A stretch of 64,000 bases of DNA from an uncultured virus (IMG/VR IMGVR_UViG_3300025133_000034) (Duplodnaviria > Heunggongvirae > Uroviricota > Caudoviricetes), in IMG/VR virus record IMGVR_UViG_3300025133_000034. One strand, written 5' to 3'. Positions 39,061 through 48,961 of the stretch are shown here, piece by piece. The position numbers and the translations under genes were made by a program. Within the stretch, counting starts at the first letter, position 1, and every line of letters begins with the position of its first letter. The notes under the pieces are model-generated. The model ran no database searches and was not told where the DNA came from. It saw only the letters and a program-made list of their open reading frames with translations.

Positions 39061-42000
39061 CTACAGCTGGTCATCGCAATCTAGATCTGCTCCAAAGATG
39101 TCATCATGTTGTTTCTGCTCTATTGCATCTATAAGTAGTAACGCAATATAAATCATACCAGGAATGGTACTCGGCGGGCCAGCAAAGAATGGAAACGGGA
39201 TTATCCCGCCGCCATAAGGTATCATTGAGGGCAACATTGCAGCCCATAAACCAGGTAATAAGAGAGGAGACTGAAAAAGATCTTCTAGAGTCTCCTTGGC
39301 ATCCGTTTTAAAAGTGTCTAATGCACTGGTCGCATCTTCTAGGAGCTGGTTGGCTTCATCTAAAAATTGTTTTGCTTCAATAAATGTATCAAAAAGCAAA
39401 TTAACTTTTAAAAATTGTTCTATAAATCTATCAACAGTTTCTTTGTCGACTGCACTTAATCCATCATAAACAGTTTTAAATTCCGACCCCTCTTCTATTT
39501 CGCCGTTATCGTCGACACCATTAATATTTAATACAGCTTCATCGGTCGGGGTATAGTTCTCATTAATGTTATCAGTATTTATTTCTATGAAACTTCCAAC
39601 ACCTGGTATACTAGATTTAGCTGCATCCACCATACTAGCAGCAACTTTAAGTTGCATTAAGGCAGTTTGTAGCGCGGTGTCACCTGCTATCTTCACTCCC
39701 TGCTGTACCTGCTTGGCTATAGTCAGGCCTTGCTCCACAAGTGATAAAGTAGTCGTCACCACAGCGTTAGCTATATCAATAATAAGTTTTGCTATTATAA
39801 CGGCAGGATCTGTTAATTCAACAAAGCCCTTGAGAATCATAAACATCGTTTTATAAATTATTTTTAATATAAGCTTTGTCATATCAGGCTCTTTGCCTGT
39901 CGTGCCACCCATGCCTCTCAAACTTATATCGCCCATTGAGGACATCACGTCGTCTGGGACAAATTTATAATCTTGTGAACTCATTATGTTTTGAATAATC
40001 ATCAAAATTCTTTTTTTGGTCTCATCTAAAACATCAGTCGGTTCTGTAATAAACTTTGATAACCCGTCAGAAGCGTAGACAAATCCTAGTGTCATATACC
40101 TTCGAAGAGGTAAACAATGATCAAAAATTAGTTTAAATTCTGGAGAATTTTTTAAATCCTTAACAAGATCTTGCGCAAGGTATTTATAAAAGAATGTATA
40201 AGGAGTTTTTGTTAAATATTTAAATTTCTCTTCTTCTATTGTAACTACTTCTGATAGTTTGGCATTCCAACCAATGTTAGACACACCAGGCGCCCAAAAA
40301 CCCATTTCTTCTAAACTAAATAATCGCTCGTCTCCTTCAATTGTAAGGCCTCCTGTGTCTTCTTGTATTCTAACTTCCCTTTCAACCTCAGCAATAGGAA
40401 TGTGCATTTCTGTCATTATTCTTTTTTGGCTGCTGCCTTGATAGAAATAAGGCCTTTGTACGTACAATGATTTGCATGCCTTCAGCCCTTTAATTTTTTC
40501 CTGACCCGTGAAAGCGGCTTCAATTACGTTCTTTATTTTGCGACTTGAGGTGTTTATAGAGTTATCAAAATTATCTGTTGGCACTGAGTAAGTCATTCTC
40601 AACCCAATTTTGTATTTCTTGCAGATTAACTGGAAGCCGTATTTATTATACAAATCTTTTAAAGGATTAAACTCCGGGAAAGCGGGAGAATCAAAATTCA
40701 TAACTCTTTTTACAAAAATTGTGTTATAAAAATGACTCCATGCTGATATTGGGATATAAGCCGGCTTTCCATTGTATCCCAGCATATAACACCTAAAAAC
40801 ATTACTACCCTCGTCTAAAGTGGATAATATCATGTCTAGGGCTGCTCTTATTGCAGGATGGTTTGCATTAAATTCAGAAGAATAGGTATAATCTGGCTCA
40901 CATGGCTCTCCATGTTCATCGGTATCGGAGCCGTCGACTTCATATGAATGTCTGGTGCTCATATTAGACCAGTAGTTATCTTTTTCATCTTCTGATATGT
41001 GTGTAACCTTCATATAAGGTTGGATGATTACATTTCCCAATAATCTATTAAGGTCGGTCCCCATTGTGTTTTCTACAAAGTTCTCCTTTGTGAAAGCTGT
41101 GCTGCGTTCAAAAACGCTCTTTCTTCGGTTGTTCAACACCTTGAATTCAGACCAGTCAGGCGCATCAATGTCGAAGAAAGGTTCTTCTTGATAGGCGTCA
41201 AAAAGAGTTTTGTTGGCCGCGGCGCCGAAGTCACCGGATGCATGTTTTGCCTCATATGCCGCGTCCAGTGCGGCAAAGACTTCAGCGCGCTCTTTTATGA
41301 AGGCGCCGTGTTCGGCGTTGGCCGCTTCATACGCAGCCCGGGCGTCGTTGTAATAGCCCTCCGACCACAAGCTCATACCTTCCTCTAACTCGGCGGTGGC
41401 GAGTTCTAGTTGCCATGTCGTGTAGGCCTGCGACATGGCGACCATGGCCGACGTGCGGTTGGAGGTTGAATCAGAGAGCTTTTGATTCCAGTCAGCCTTG
41501 ATGGCCTGATAAACGGATTCATATAGCTCCTCTTTAGCGTCGAGGAGCGGCTGAATCTCAGCTTCTTTTGAATTTTGAGCAGAAAGCTGGTTGTCGTCGT
41601 CGGCCCAAGCTCCAGGAATATCTAACCAAGTATTGTTGTACAAGAATGCGTCACCTCGATGACTCATTGGCAACGAATGAAGGAAGTTTCTGTTGTTTCT
41701 TTGTCTTATACGATCAGAAGAATCCCATGTTTTTTTATCAAACAAATCAATAGTACCTAAAGTTCCATGAACTGCAGTACCTATACCACTCGGCGCAGAG
41801 GCATCCTCGTCATCGTGTCTGGGAGCAAGGTGTTTTGCGCCGTCTCCATAATTCATCGTGTAAATGTTTGATCCAAATCTTGCATCGATAATAAAGTCTT
41901 GTCCAGTCTGGTCATAAAATGCAGCGATCTCTGCCGTCTTGGCTGACGCTGATATTTGTTGCTGAGCCGGGTCGTCACTAAACCATATTTTTTTAGCCAC

Positions 42001-45000
42001 GCTATCAACGTCAACATTGGAGCTTTTTAAAATTTCTAAATTTAAATCCGATGTCATTGGTATCGAATTTATAAACATTCCTTTTATTGTCTTTGTTACA
42101 TTTTGACCTTCTGCCTTCACTAGATATTCTAAACCACTCTGCTTTCCTCTTTGATGAGCCATTTCAACATCGGATAAACCCTTTTCTTTTCGTAAAACAT
42201 CATTTGCAATATAGGCAATCATATCTAAGTTAATATCTTCTTTAATATTTTTAATAATTATCTTTACAAGGATGTCCTCTTTAACAACATCGGAAACGTC
42301 GTAGCTATCCCATGCGATGAGGCTAGCTAAACATACCTCCAGTGTATATATTTTTACCAAAAGTATAACACAGCCTTGAAGCAAAGCTATTCTAGCTGCG
42401 TTGTCTTCCGGAGAGCTTTTTTCATATACATCATGACAAATTGATTTTTCATAAAATGCTAAAATTCTTTGTTTTACATCGTCTAAATTGAAAAAATCTG
42501 TCTCTGAATTCTGTAAATCATCTCGCGAAGCGGCTGTATAACCAGCGGCGGCGTCTAGACATCTAGGATCTATAGAAGATGAATTTATAGGATTCTTAAG
42601 AATTTTTTTCCATAATTTTTTCATCATTCCGCGTTCATGAAGCCTGGAATGTTTCAATTTTGCAAAGCTTTGGTGTACGTACGCCATTTGTAGTGCTGGA
42701 AAGGAACTGTTCGCCAAACTGTGTTTGAGTGTCTTTTCAAAATTACCATTAAGCAGCAGTGTATTGGCTTCGGAGGGTTTATAATCATTGTACATGTCAA
42801 TAAATCTGCGAGAAAGGAGCTTTCCAAACACCTGGGCTTTAAAATTAAGGGGATTATAGCGCGGGGAAGAATAGCCAGGATGATCACTAATCATCTTTTT
42901 TACTATTGTCTCTCCGCTTTCATCTTTAAATAAATCTTGTACAAGATCTTGCACATCTGAATCTAGTTTTTTACCAAAATTAAAATTATATTTTTCTTTT
43001 CCAATTTCATTTTCAGATCCAACTATGTTTTTATCTGGCGACTCGCCGGCGTCGCTATTTAGTTTTCCCTTTACAAACTTAAACATATCTCTAAAATTAA
43101 CTAATTGAGAAGATATATTGTTTTCTAAAGGCAGGGCAACATTTTGATATATCAAATTGTCTTTCTTGTTAACAAAATCTAGCTGTCCAAGTATAGACTG
43201 AAAAGTCTCAGAGGCATTATCTTGCGACCGGAGTTTAGATAATATTTTCTCAGTTATTTTAGAACCATCAAAGCCGGCAACTTTTTTAGAAGCTAGCTCA
43301 GTAAAAGACGTTACAATTTTTATTATATCCGGATCATAATGTATCGCTCTAGAATAAATTCTTGGACCTGTGGGGTCGGACTTCTGCGAGCGCACCTTGT
43401 CCGGGCCGGGATCATAGGTAGAAATTGGATTCGGCACTACATCATTAACAAAGCCCAGATGCTGATTAAAGTTCGCTTCTCTAGTTAAGGAGTTATACAT
43501 CTCGGTATTCACTTTATCCTTGTCAGAAGAAAAGAACTCTATCATCTTTTCTTTTTCAAAAGATAACGGACTTTCTGGATCTGCAAAGTATTGCCTAAAA
43601 ACAATATATTGGGGGGTGTATGTACGATTTGTTTCTCTGTTAACTAAATTGCCCGGCTGGTTCGTCGCCCACTCTGTAGCGCTGACCATGTCGTCACTCT
43701 TTGTCTTTGCCTGCTTCCCCGGGGCGGTGATGACACGTGTCTTCTCCTTTCCGAAGGAGAGAATCACCCCCTCAATTGACTCTGGTAAAATTGGTCCGAA
43801 ACTAGAAAATATGCTTCCACACCTCTCAGCATCAAGGCCTAGCGCTTCATATAGCGTCAACTGCATAAATGTCTTTAATATGGTAGAGTCGCTATCTAAA
43901 GATTGTGTACCGTCTATTGTATCGCCGGACTCCGTGTCAGTGGGATCTGGAATCTGCGGAGGCTCGTATTCTGGGTCTGCCATTTGCTTGAACATTTTCC
44001 ATAATTTTACCAAGCCAGGAGAAACTTTAAGACCTTTTAGAACCTTTGTTGACAGGCTGCTTGGGCCGGCATCTCCGCGGAAGCCATCATTGCCTTTGCT
44101 CGTGTCTAGTACGGGCCACTTGCCAGCTGTAAAGTGCAGCCCAATAGACATAAAGTCGCCGGCGGCGTCCTGGCCAAGCCACTTATCATTCCATTCAAGA
44201 TCATAGCCAGTAAAATTACGTAACATGCCTAGCCACTTCGTATCACTTCCATGGCTGCCGTCAATTTCAAATAATGGGAGACCAATGGGGTTAATATCTG
44301 GTGAGGCGATGTCAATCGCTGTGTTCGAGGCCGGAAAGGATGTTGGTATAGGCCCTATAGGATTGTAATTCATGTCCTGAAGTTGCTCAACATCAAGAAT
44401 CAACTCTCTTAGATACATTGGTTTAATAGGCTCTTTGAACATGTCCACTATATCTTGGTTTATTTTTTCTCCATCTTCAACGGCCATGTCAGCCAACGCG
44501 GAGGATGGCGCGACGCCGTTTCTCACTCTTACTTTGTTTAACGCGTCTTTAAAGGGCGGCCGGTCGTCATAACGTTCTTGAATAAGCTCCCACTTTGCGT
44601 TATTATTTTCTGCTGCAGTCCACCCCTTAGCAGGAGAAACCTTGTCTGTTTTAAGAAGCGCTCCATAGTGCATTGGCTCAAAGTGCACCGCATTTTCTAG
44701 AAAATTTTCTACCCAAGTTAAAGTTGAATCATCAGAGGGGTGCCATCCATAAAAGAACGGATTCGAAGTCAGGTGGCCGCCGCCTTCGCCGGCCATGGCC
44801 GTTTCTATTAACCTTATAGCTGCTTGTCTATTTTTTTGGCGGAACTCTTTGCGAGTTTTTACTGTGTTTTCTGATCGTTTCCAGTCTATACCCCAGCCTT
44901 CTGTGGCCATAGCGCCGTAATGTAAATATTTGTTATATGTTAATGGGTACCACTTAAAAGCCCCAGTGTTTTTGTGGGATCCAATAAGACCATGTTCATA

Positions 45001-48000
45001 TTCAGGGTAGTTAGTAACATTCCATGGATTCCCTATATAGGCAAAACCAATTTTATAATATGGATTTCTAAGAGTATTGGAAAACATATTATATGCCTTC
45101 TTCATTTCTTCTGGATCTGTTGCAGCTAAAATTGCTCTAGGGGGTACAGAGAAAAATTCCAAAGAAGATAGGTCTTGTATTAAAGAGCTTTTTACTGTTG
45201 TTAACAGATTATCCGTTATTCGTGTCATCGAGTCTCTTACACCGGGCGGCAATTCAAAAAACCCCCCCTCAGAACAAGGAGAAGGAAGACCGTATTGCCC
45301 TGAAGCACTGGGAGACATGCCAAACATCCCCAAACTAGAGAGATCTATGAGCTTATTTTTTAAATCATTTAACTCATCTTGTATTTGTCTATCGCACTCC
45401 TCTTTTGTAAGGCCGGCTTTTTGAAGCTCTTCGCACCTTGCGTCGCTGTTATATATTGCTTCACATACCTCTGTAACAACAGGCGAAGAGGCAGTGAGAA
45501 CGTTACAGATATCTAAATTTGGTAAACTTCTCCCTAGTTTCTCGAAAGCCACTCGAATTTCATATATAGTATTGATACCGGCATTGTAAATTTGAGGCCA
45601 TTCAATTTCCGTCCTAGATAAGCATGCATTTAATGTTTTCTTGGACGCGTCGCCCCTAAGAAGAGCACACAACTGGCCGATTGATAAATTATCTATAAGA
45701 TCTTTCATCCATCCTATTACATCTTCATCCGATATGCCAGTAAGTTTAGGTATATCAGCAGTTCGTATATTGGGGATTGTCTCTGAGGCCGGCCTTCTGC
45801 TATTAACAGGGTTCATAGACGGGCCTTGGTCGTTGTTCTCCTCTAAACACTTTTCCAAAGCCTCCTTGATAAGAAGTTGCGCGATCTCACCAAAGATCAT
45901 TGCTACCATGGATAACAAAGCGTCTAGAAGCTTCTTGCTGTAGTCTCCCATGTGACTGTCTGTACTTAGGTTTTCAGGAAAGTTTAATGAAGGAAGATTA
46001 AAACTAAATGCCCTTTTCAGTGCATTCATAAAGTCTTCCCACCAATCGCCAAAGCCGCCAAGAAAAGCATGGGGATCTTTCATTAAAAATTCTAATCCGT
46101 CTAATATATCTCCAACTAAAAGTTCACACAAAGTGCTTAAATCGACAACATTCGCTTTCATGTAAGCTAGCCATGCTTTGGCGTCTTTGATAACTCCCGC
46201 TCCATCAGCTGCAGGATTATAATTAGAAGACTGCTTTACGCTCTCTAAAGCAGTCTGGTAATTAATCCTCCTAGGAGCATCTTTAAAAGAGTTTGGATAA
46301 TTAACATATAGGCCCCACTGGACTTCGTCCGGTACCATATATCCACCTTGAACCATAAGCGCTTGCACTTCACTACTGGTATATCCTAATTCTTTTAATC
46401 TATTGGTCTCAGAATCTACTTCTTTCTGCGTATAGACCTCGCCAGGAGAATAAGAAGACATTTGGTCAACATGTGGATCCAATGCGCCGGCCTTTCCGGA
46501 GGGAGATATTGTCCCATCAACATCGTATGCGCGCTGGGCCAACTTCAACTGGATAGCGAGGCCGGCCTTTTCCATGTTTCTTATTACTTCTATTGCGTCC
46601 GGAATAATATCAATCTCCCCCACTACTAATGCAGTGGCGATTGGGGCTCCATCATACCTCTCATCGAGTTTTAGACGTCTATCTGCTGCATATGGATCCT
46701 CTGTCGTATCTGCGTTTTCTAGGGAGGACTGCCTAGCTTCGGGATTGTAATATGGTGAATTAGGATCTCCTAATACACTTAGTATACGCTGAGATACTTC
46801 ACTTTGTGGGGTTGCAAAAGCTGCCGTTATCAACAAACTAGTCATAGTCTCGGTGCCCAATGTTTTAACAAGCTCTATAATCGCTGCCTCACAAATGGCC
46901 TCGATGGATAGGGGTATGCCAAGTTTTTTCTGTAAACAAGCCATTATCAGGGACATTAGCGCCATCGGATCTAAAATATGAAAAAATTGTTGAAATATTA
47001 TTGATATGTATTCTGTATGAGTACTCCCTGCGCCAGAAGATGATGCTAAGCGCATATCCTCACTAGCTTCCTCCAGTCCCTTGGTACTCAATGACGGATC
47101 GCCGGCATGTGTTGAGTCCTTGAACTGCTCAAAATACATTTCTTTACATCTAGGATTATTATATAATTTTTCTTGTAATAACTTCTCTTGTCTGCCAACG
47201 TTGGGGCCGGCCGCATTTAACTGCTGAATTAGTTCATCACAGTCCAAATCATCAACAGAGGTGAATTGTTGCGGGTCTTTTGATGGGTATATCTTAAGTG
47301 GCGGAACACAATATTTTTGAAGGAATTCAGCCCAGTCATATGAACTCAGATCTCCTCCAACAGTATTTAAGAATTTAGTAATACTACTATGGGCCATTAT
47401 TAGATGCAGAGTCCTGCTACCATATGCTCCGTCATAAACCTCTCTAATATAAGGTAGCGCTGTTTTCAGGTGAACCGCACTTCTTTTTATTCCAGAATCT
47501 CCATAAAGTTCTGCATCAGTAATAAAGGGATCAAAATCAAATAAATTTATATTTCCAAGTGTTTCAGGATCTGTCAGGCTTTTAGGATCTGGAGAAAACA
47601 AAACATAAGCTATTGTTTCTCTTACACCACAGCCTATAGTGTTATTATCAGCTATAGCAAATTGTATTATATGGTCGTATAGAGTTCTAGTCCCCTCAGA
47701 TATAGCCAAAGAGAAATCTGAATTGTCAGTTAAGGCTGGAAACGACTGTCTTTCCAAAAAATTATTTATTTCTTTTGGAAATCTTTCAAGTTGTTCAATT
47801 TGAATATTGATGTCGTATTCCAGATCGCTCACATCAAGGATCTTAAGACGTGATGTTTCCAATTTGCTTCTTACGGCTTTAAATTTAGATACTAGATCTG
47901 CACATATTTTTGGTAATTCATTAAGTTTAACTGCAAAAGCATAATTTTTACCATCTTTGTAGGGCGCCATCGAAGTGGTATCATAGATCTCTGAAAAGGT

Positions 48001-48954
48001 CTTGTCTGGTAATGCATCAACATAGCTAGACCGAATCGCAAACAGTGCTCTTTGATTATTGGGATCGACCGTCTGAGTATTCACCTTGAGGCCGGATAAG
48101 ACAAAGTGCTCGTTTCTAAGCATTTCCCCTACGTTTTCTTGTTCGGGAGGAATTTTTTTCCCTAGATAATCTAATAAGTTGTTAAAGGCGGCAACTTTCA
48201 AACTATCAATAGAGTTATTAGATTCTTGTAACTTGTCGGCTTCTATCTGTGCTTCTGACTTATATTCTCCATAAATCTCGCCACTGGTTACAGCCTCGCT
48301 CTGGCGAGCGTTTTCTCCTAAAATAAAATAATAATACCCCTCAGAACATCGCAATGTCGGATTTAAATTTACCCCCTCAATAGTATAATCTTCATTAACA
48401 ACCTCTTCGTTATGTTGGTTGAAATTATAATATGCTAGTCTGACGTCATTAGGGGTTAACGAAAGCCAATTTTGGTTGTCTTTGGGTGAAATGGCACGAC
48501 TGCCTGCAGGTATATATGTTAAAAATATCGGATCGTCCGGGCGTGAAAACTTCCTTGATATCAATGGGCATGTATACCCGTCTTTTATCCTGACATATGC
48601 CACATCTGTATACAGTATCTCCCCGTCTGAGATAAAGCCGGCCCATGTACCGGTTTCGCTTTCAACGACTTCTACGACCTCCAAAGGGTGACCAATCGCC
48701 ACGCTTAGTCCATCTAAATCATATCCCGCATCTGACCATCCAAGGCTTAGGCCATCGTTGTAAGGAGCAACCCTAACTGGTAAACGATGATCCCTTAACA
48801 TCCCAACATAATATTTGTAATCGCCTATGTTTAAAGTGCTTTCCAGATTTTTGTCACTAACAATAGGAGAAGTAGATGTTAATTCCTCAATATCTGGGGG
48901 GCCTTTGGGCTCATTGAAAGTTTCCAGGACGTCGATGTCTGTATAATCTGCCAT
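39061..48954 (-). CDS. Giant 3297-aa protein of unknown function (probably virion-associated)
   Basis: Uninterrupted 9.9-kb ORF between the spike gene and gp25, with a GAGG RBS, a Cys-rich helical region and a hydrophobic C-terminus. Confidence 0.75.
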   Translation of the reverse strand: MADYTDIDVLETFNEPKGPPDIEELTSTSPIVSDKNLESTLNIGDYKYYVGMLRDHRLPVRVAPYNDGLSLGWSDAGYDLDGLSVAIGHPLEVVEVVESETGTWAGFISDGEILYTDVAYVRIKDGYTCPLISRKFSRPDDPIFLTYIPAGSRAISPKDNQNWLSLTPNDVRLAYYNFNQHNEEVVNEDYTIEGVNLNPTLRCSEGYYYFILGENARQSEAVTSGEIYGEYKSEAQIEADKLQESNNSIDSLKVAAFNNLLDYLGKKIPPEQENVGEMLRNEHFVLSGLKVNTQTVDPNNQRALFAIRSSYVDALPDKTFSEIYDTTSMAPYKDGKNYAFAVKLNELPKICADLVSKFKAVRSKLETSRLKILDVSDLEYDINIQIEQLERFPKEINNFLERQSFPALTDNSDFSLAISEGTRTLYDHIIQFAIADNNTIGCGVRETIAYVLFSPDPKSLTDPETLGNINLFDFDPFITDAELYGDSGIKRSAVHLKTALPYIREVYDGAYGSRTLHLIMAHSSITKFLNTVGGDLSSYDWAEFLQKYCVPPLKIYPSKDPQQFTSVDDLDCDELIQQLNAAGPNVGRQEKLLQEKLYNNPRCKEMYFEQFKDSTHAGDPSLSTKGLEEASEDMRLASSSGAGSTHTEYISIIFQQFFHILDPMALMSLIMACLQKKLGIPLSIEAICEAAIIELVKTLGTETMTSLLITAAFATPQSEVSQRILSVLGDPNSPYYNPEARQSSLENADTTEDPYAADRRLKLDERYDGAPIATALVVGEIDIIPDAIEVIRNMEKAGLAIQLKLAQRAYDVDGTISPSGKAGALDPHVDQMSSYSPGEVYTQKEVDSETNRLKELGYTSSEVQALMVQGGYMVPDEVQWGLYVNYPNSFKDAPRRINYQTALESVKQSSNYNPAADGAGVIKDAKAWLAYMKANVVDLSTLCELLVGDILDGLEFLMKDPHAFLGGFGDWWEDFMNALKRAFSFNLPSLNFPENLSTDSHMGDYSKKLLDALLSMVAMIFGEIAQLLIKEALEKCLEENNDQGPSMNPVNSRRPASETIPNIRTADIPKLTGISDEDVIGWMKDLIDNLSIGQLCALLRGDASKKTLNACLSRTEIEWPQIYNAGINTIYEIRVAFEKLGRSLPNLDICNVLTASSPVVTEVCEAIYNSDARCEELQKAGLTKEECDRQIQDELNDLKNKLIDLSSLGMFGMSPSASGQYGLPSPCSEGGFFELPPGVRDSMTRITDNLLTTVKSSLIQDLSSLEFFSVPPRAILAATDPEEMKKAYNMFSNTLRNPYYKIGFAYIGNPWNVTNYPEYEHGLIGSHKNTGAFKWYPLTYNKYLHYGAMATEGWGIDWKRSENTVKTRKEFRQKNRQAAIRLIETAMAGEGGGHLTSNPFFYGWHPSDDSTLTWVENFLENAVHFEPMHYGALLKTDKVSPAKGWTAAENNNAKWELIQERYDDRPPFKDALNKVRVRNGVAPSSALADMAVEDGEKINQDIVDMFKEPIKPMYLRELILDVEQLQDMNYNPIGPIPTSFPASNTAIDIASPDINPIGLPLFEIDGSHGSDTKWLGMLRNFTGYDLEWNDKWLGQDAAGDFMSIGLHFTAGKWPVLDTSKGNDGFRGDAGPSSLSTKVLKGLKVSPGLVKLWKMFKQMADPEYEPPQIPDPTDTESGDTIDGTQSLDSDSTILKTFMQLTLYEALGLDAERCGSIFSSFGPILPESIEGVILSFGKEKTRVITAPGKQAKTKSDDMVSATEWATNQPGNLVNRETNRTYTPQYIVFRQYFADPESPLSFEKEKMIEFFSSDKDKVNTEMYNSLTREANFNQHLGFVNDVVPNPISTYDPGPDKVRSQKSDPTGPRIYSRAIHYDPDIIKIVTSFTELASKKVAGFDGSKITEKILSKLRSQDNASETFQSILGQLDFVNKKDNLIYQNVALPLENNISSQLVNFRDMFKFVKGKLNSDAGESPDKNIVGSENEIGKEKYNFNFGKKLDSDVQDLVQDLFKDESGETIVKKMISDHPGYSSPRYNPLNFKAQVFGKLLSRRFIDMYNDYKPSEANTLLLNGNFEKTLKHSLANSSFPALQMAYVHQSFAKLKHSRLHERGMMKKLWKKILKNPINSSSIDPRCLDAAAGYTAASRDDLQNSETDFFNLDDVKQRILAFYEKSICHDVYEKSSPEDNAARIALLQGCVILLVKIYTLEVCLASLIAWDSYDVSDVVKEDILVKIIIKNIKEDINLDMIAYIANDVLRKEKGLSDVEMAHQRGKQSGLEYLVKAEGQNVTKTIKGMFINSIPMTSDLNLEILKSSNVDVDSVAKKIWFSDDPAQQQISASAKTAEIAAFYDQTGQDFIIDARFGSNIYTMNYGDGAKHLAPRHDDEDASAPSGIGTAVHGTLGTIDLFDKKTWDSSDRIRQRNNRNFLHSLPMSHRGDAFLYNNTWLDIPGAWADDDNQLSAQNSKEAEIQPLLDAKEELYESVYQAIKADWNQKLSDSTSNRTSAMVAMSQAYTTWQLELATAELEEGMSLWSEGYYNDARAAYEAANAEHGAFIKERAEVFAALDAAYEAKHASGDFGAAANKTLFDAYQEEPFFDIDAPDWSEFKVLNNRRKSVFERSTAFTKENFVENTMGTDLNRLLGNVIIQPYMKVTHISEDEKDNYWSNMSTRHSYEVDGSDTDEHGEPCEPDYTYSSEFNANHPAIRAALDMILSTLDEGSNVFRCYMLGYNGKPAYIPISAWSHFYNTIFVKRVMNFDSPAFPEFNPLKDLYNKYGFQLICKKYKIGLRMTYSVPTDNFDNSINTSSRKIKNVIEAAFTGQEKIKGLKACKSLYVQRPYFYQGSSQKRIMTEMHIPIAEVEREVRIQEDTGGLTIEGDERLFSLEEMGFWAPGVSNIGWNAKLSEVVTIEEEKFKYLTKTPYTFFYKYLAQDLVKDLKNSPEFKLIFDHCLPLRRYMTLGFVYASDGLSKFITEPTDVLDETKKRILMIIQNIMSSQDYKFVPDDVMSSMGDISLRGMGGTTGKEPDMTKLILKIIYKTMFMILKGFVELTDPAVIIAKLIIDIANAVVTTTLSLVEQGLTIAKQVQQGVKIAGDTALQTALMQLKVAASMVDAAKSSIPGVGSFIEINTDNINENYTPTDEAVLNINGVDDNGEIEEGSEFKTVYDGLSAVDKETVDRFIEQFLKVNLLFDTFIEAKQFLDEANQLLEDATSALDTFKTDAKETLEDLFQSPLLLPGLWAAMLPSMIPYGGGIIPFPFFAGPPSTIPGMIYIALLLIDAIEQKQHDDIFGADLDCDDQL

Positions 48955-48961
48955 ATTTTCC

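Noticed and set aside
43520..44206. 228-aa plus-strand ORF, and the other plus-strand ORFs in the track such as 9683-10057, 30710-31162 and 35513-36007
   Set aside because: They are antisense shadows of long minus-strand genes, with no RBS or protein motifs; they are often favoured by GC-rich patches that lack stops.
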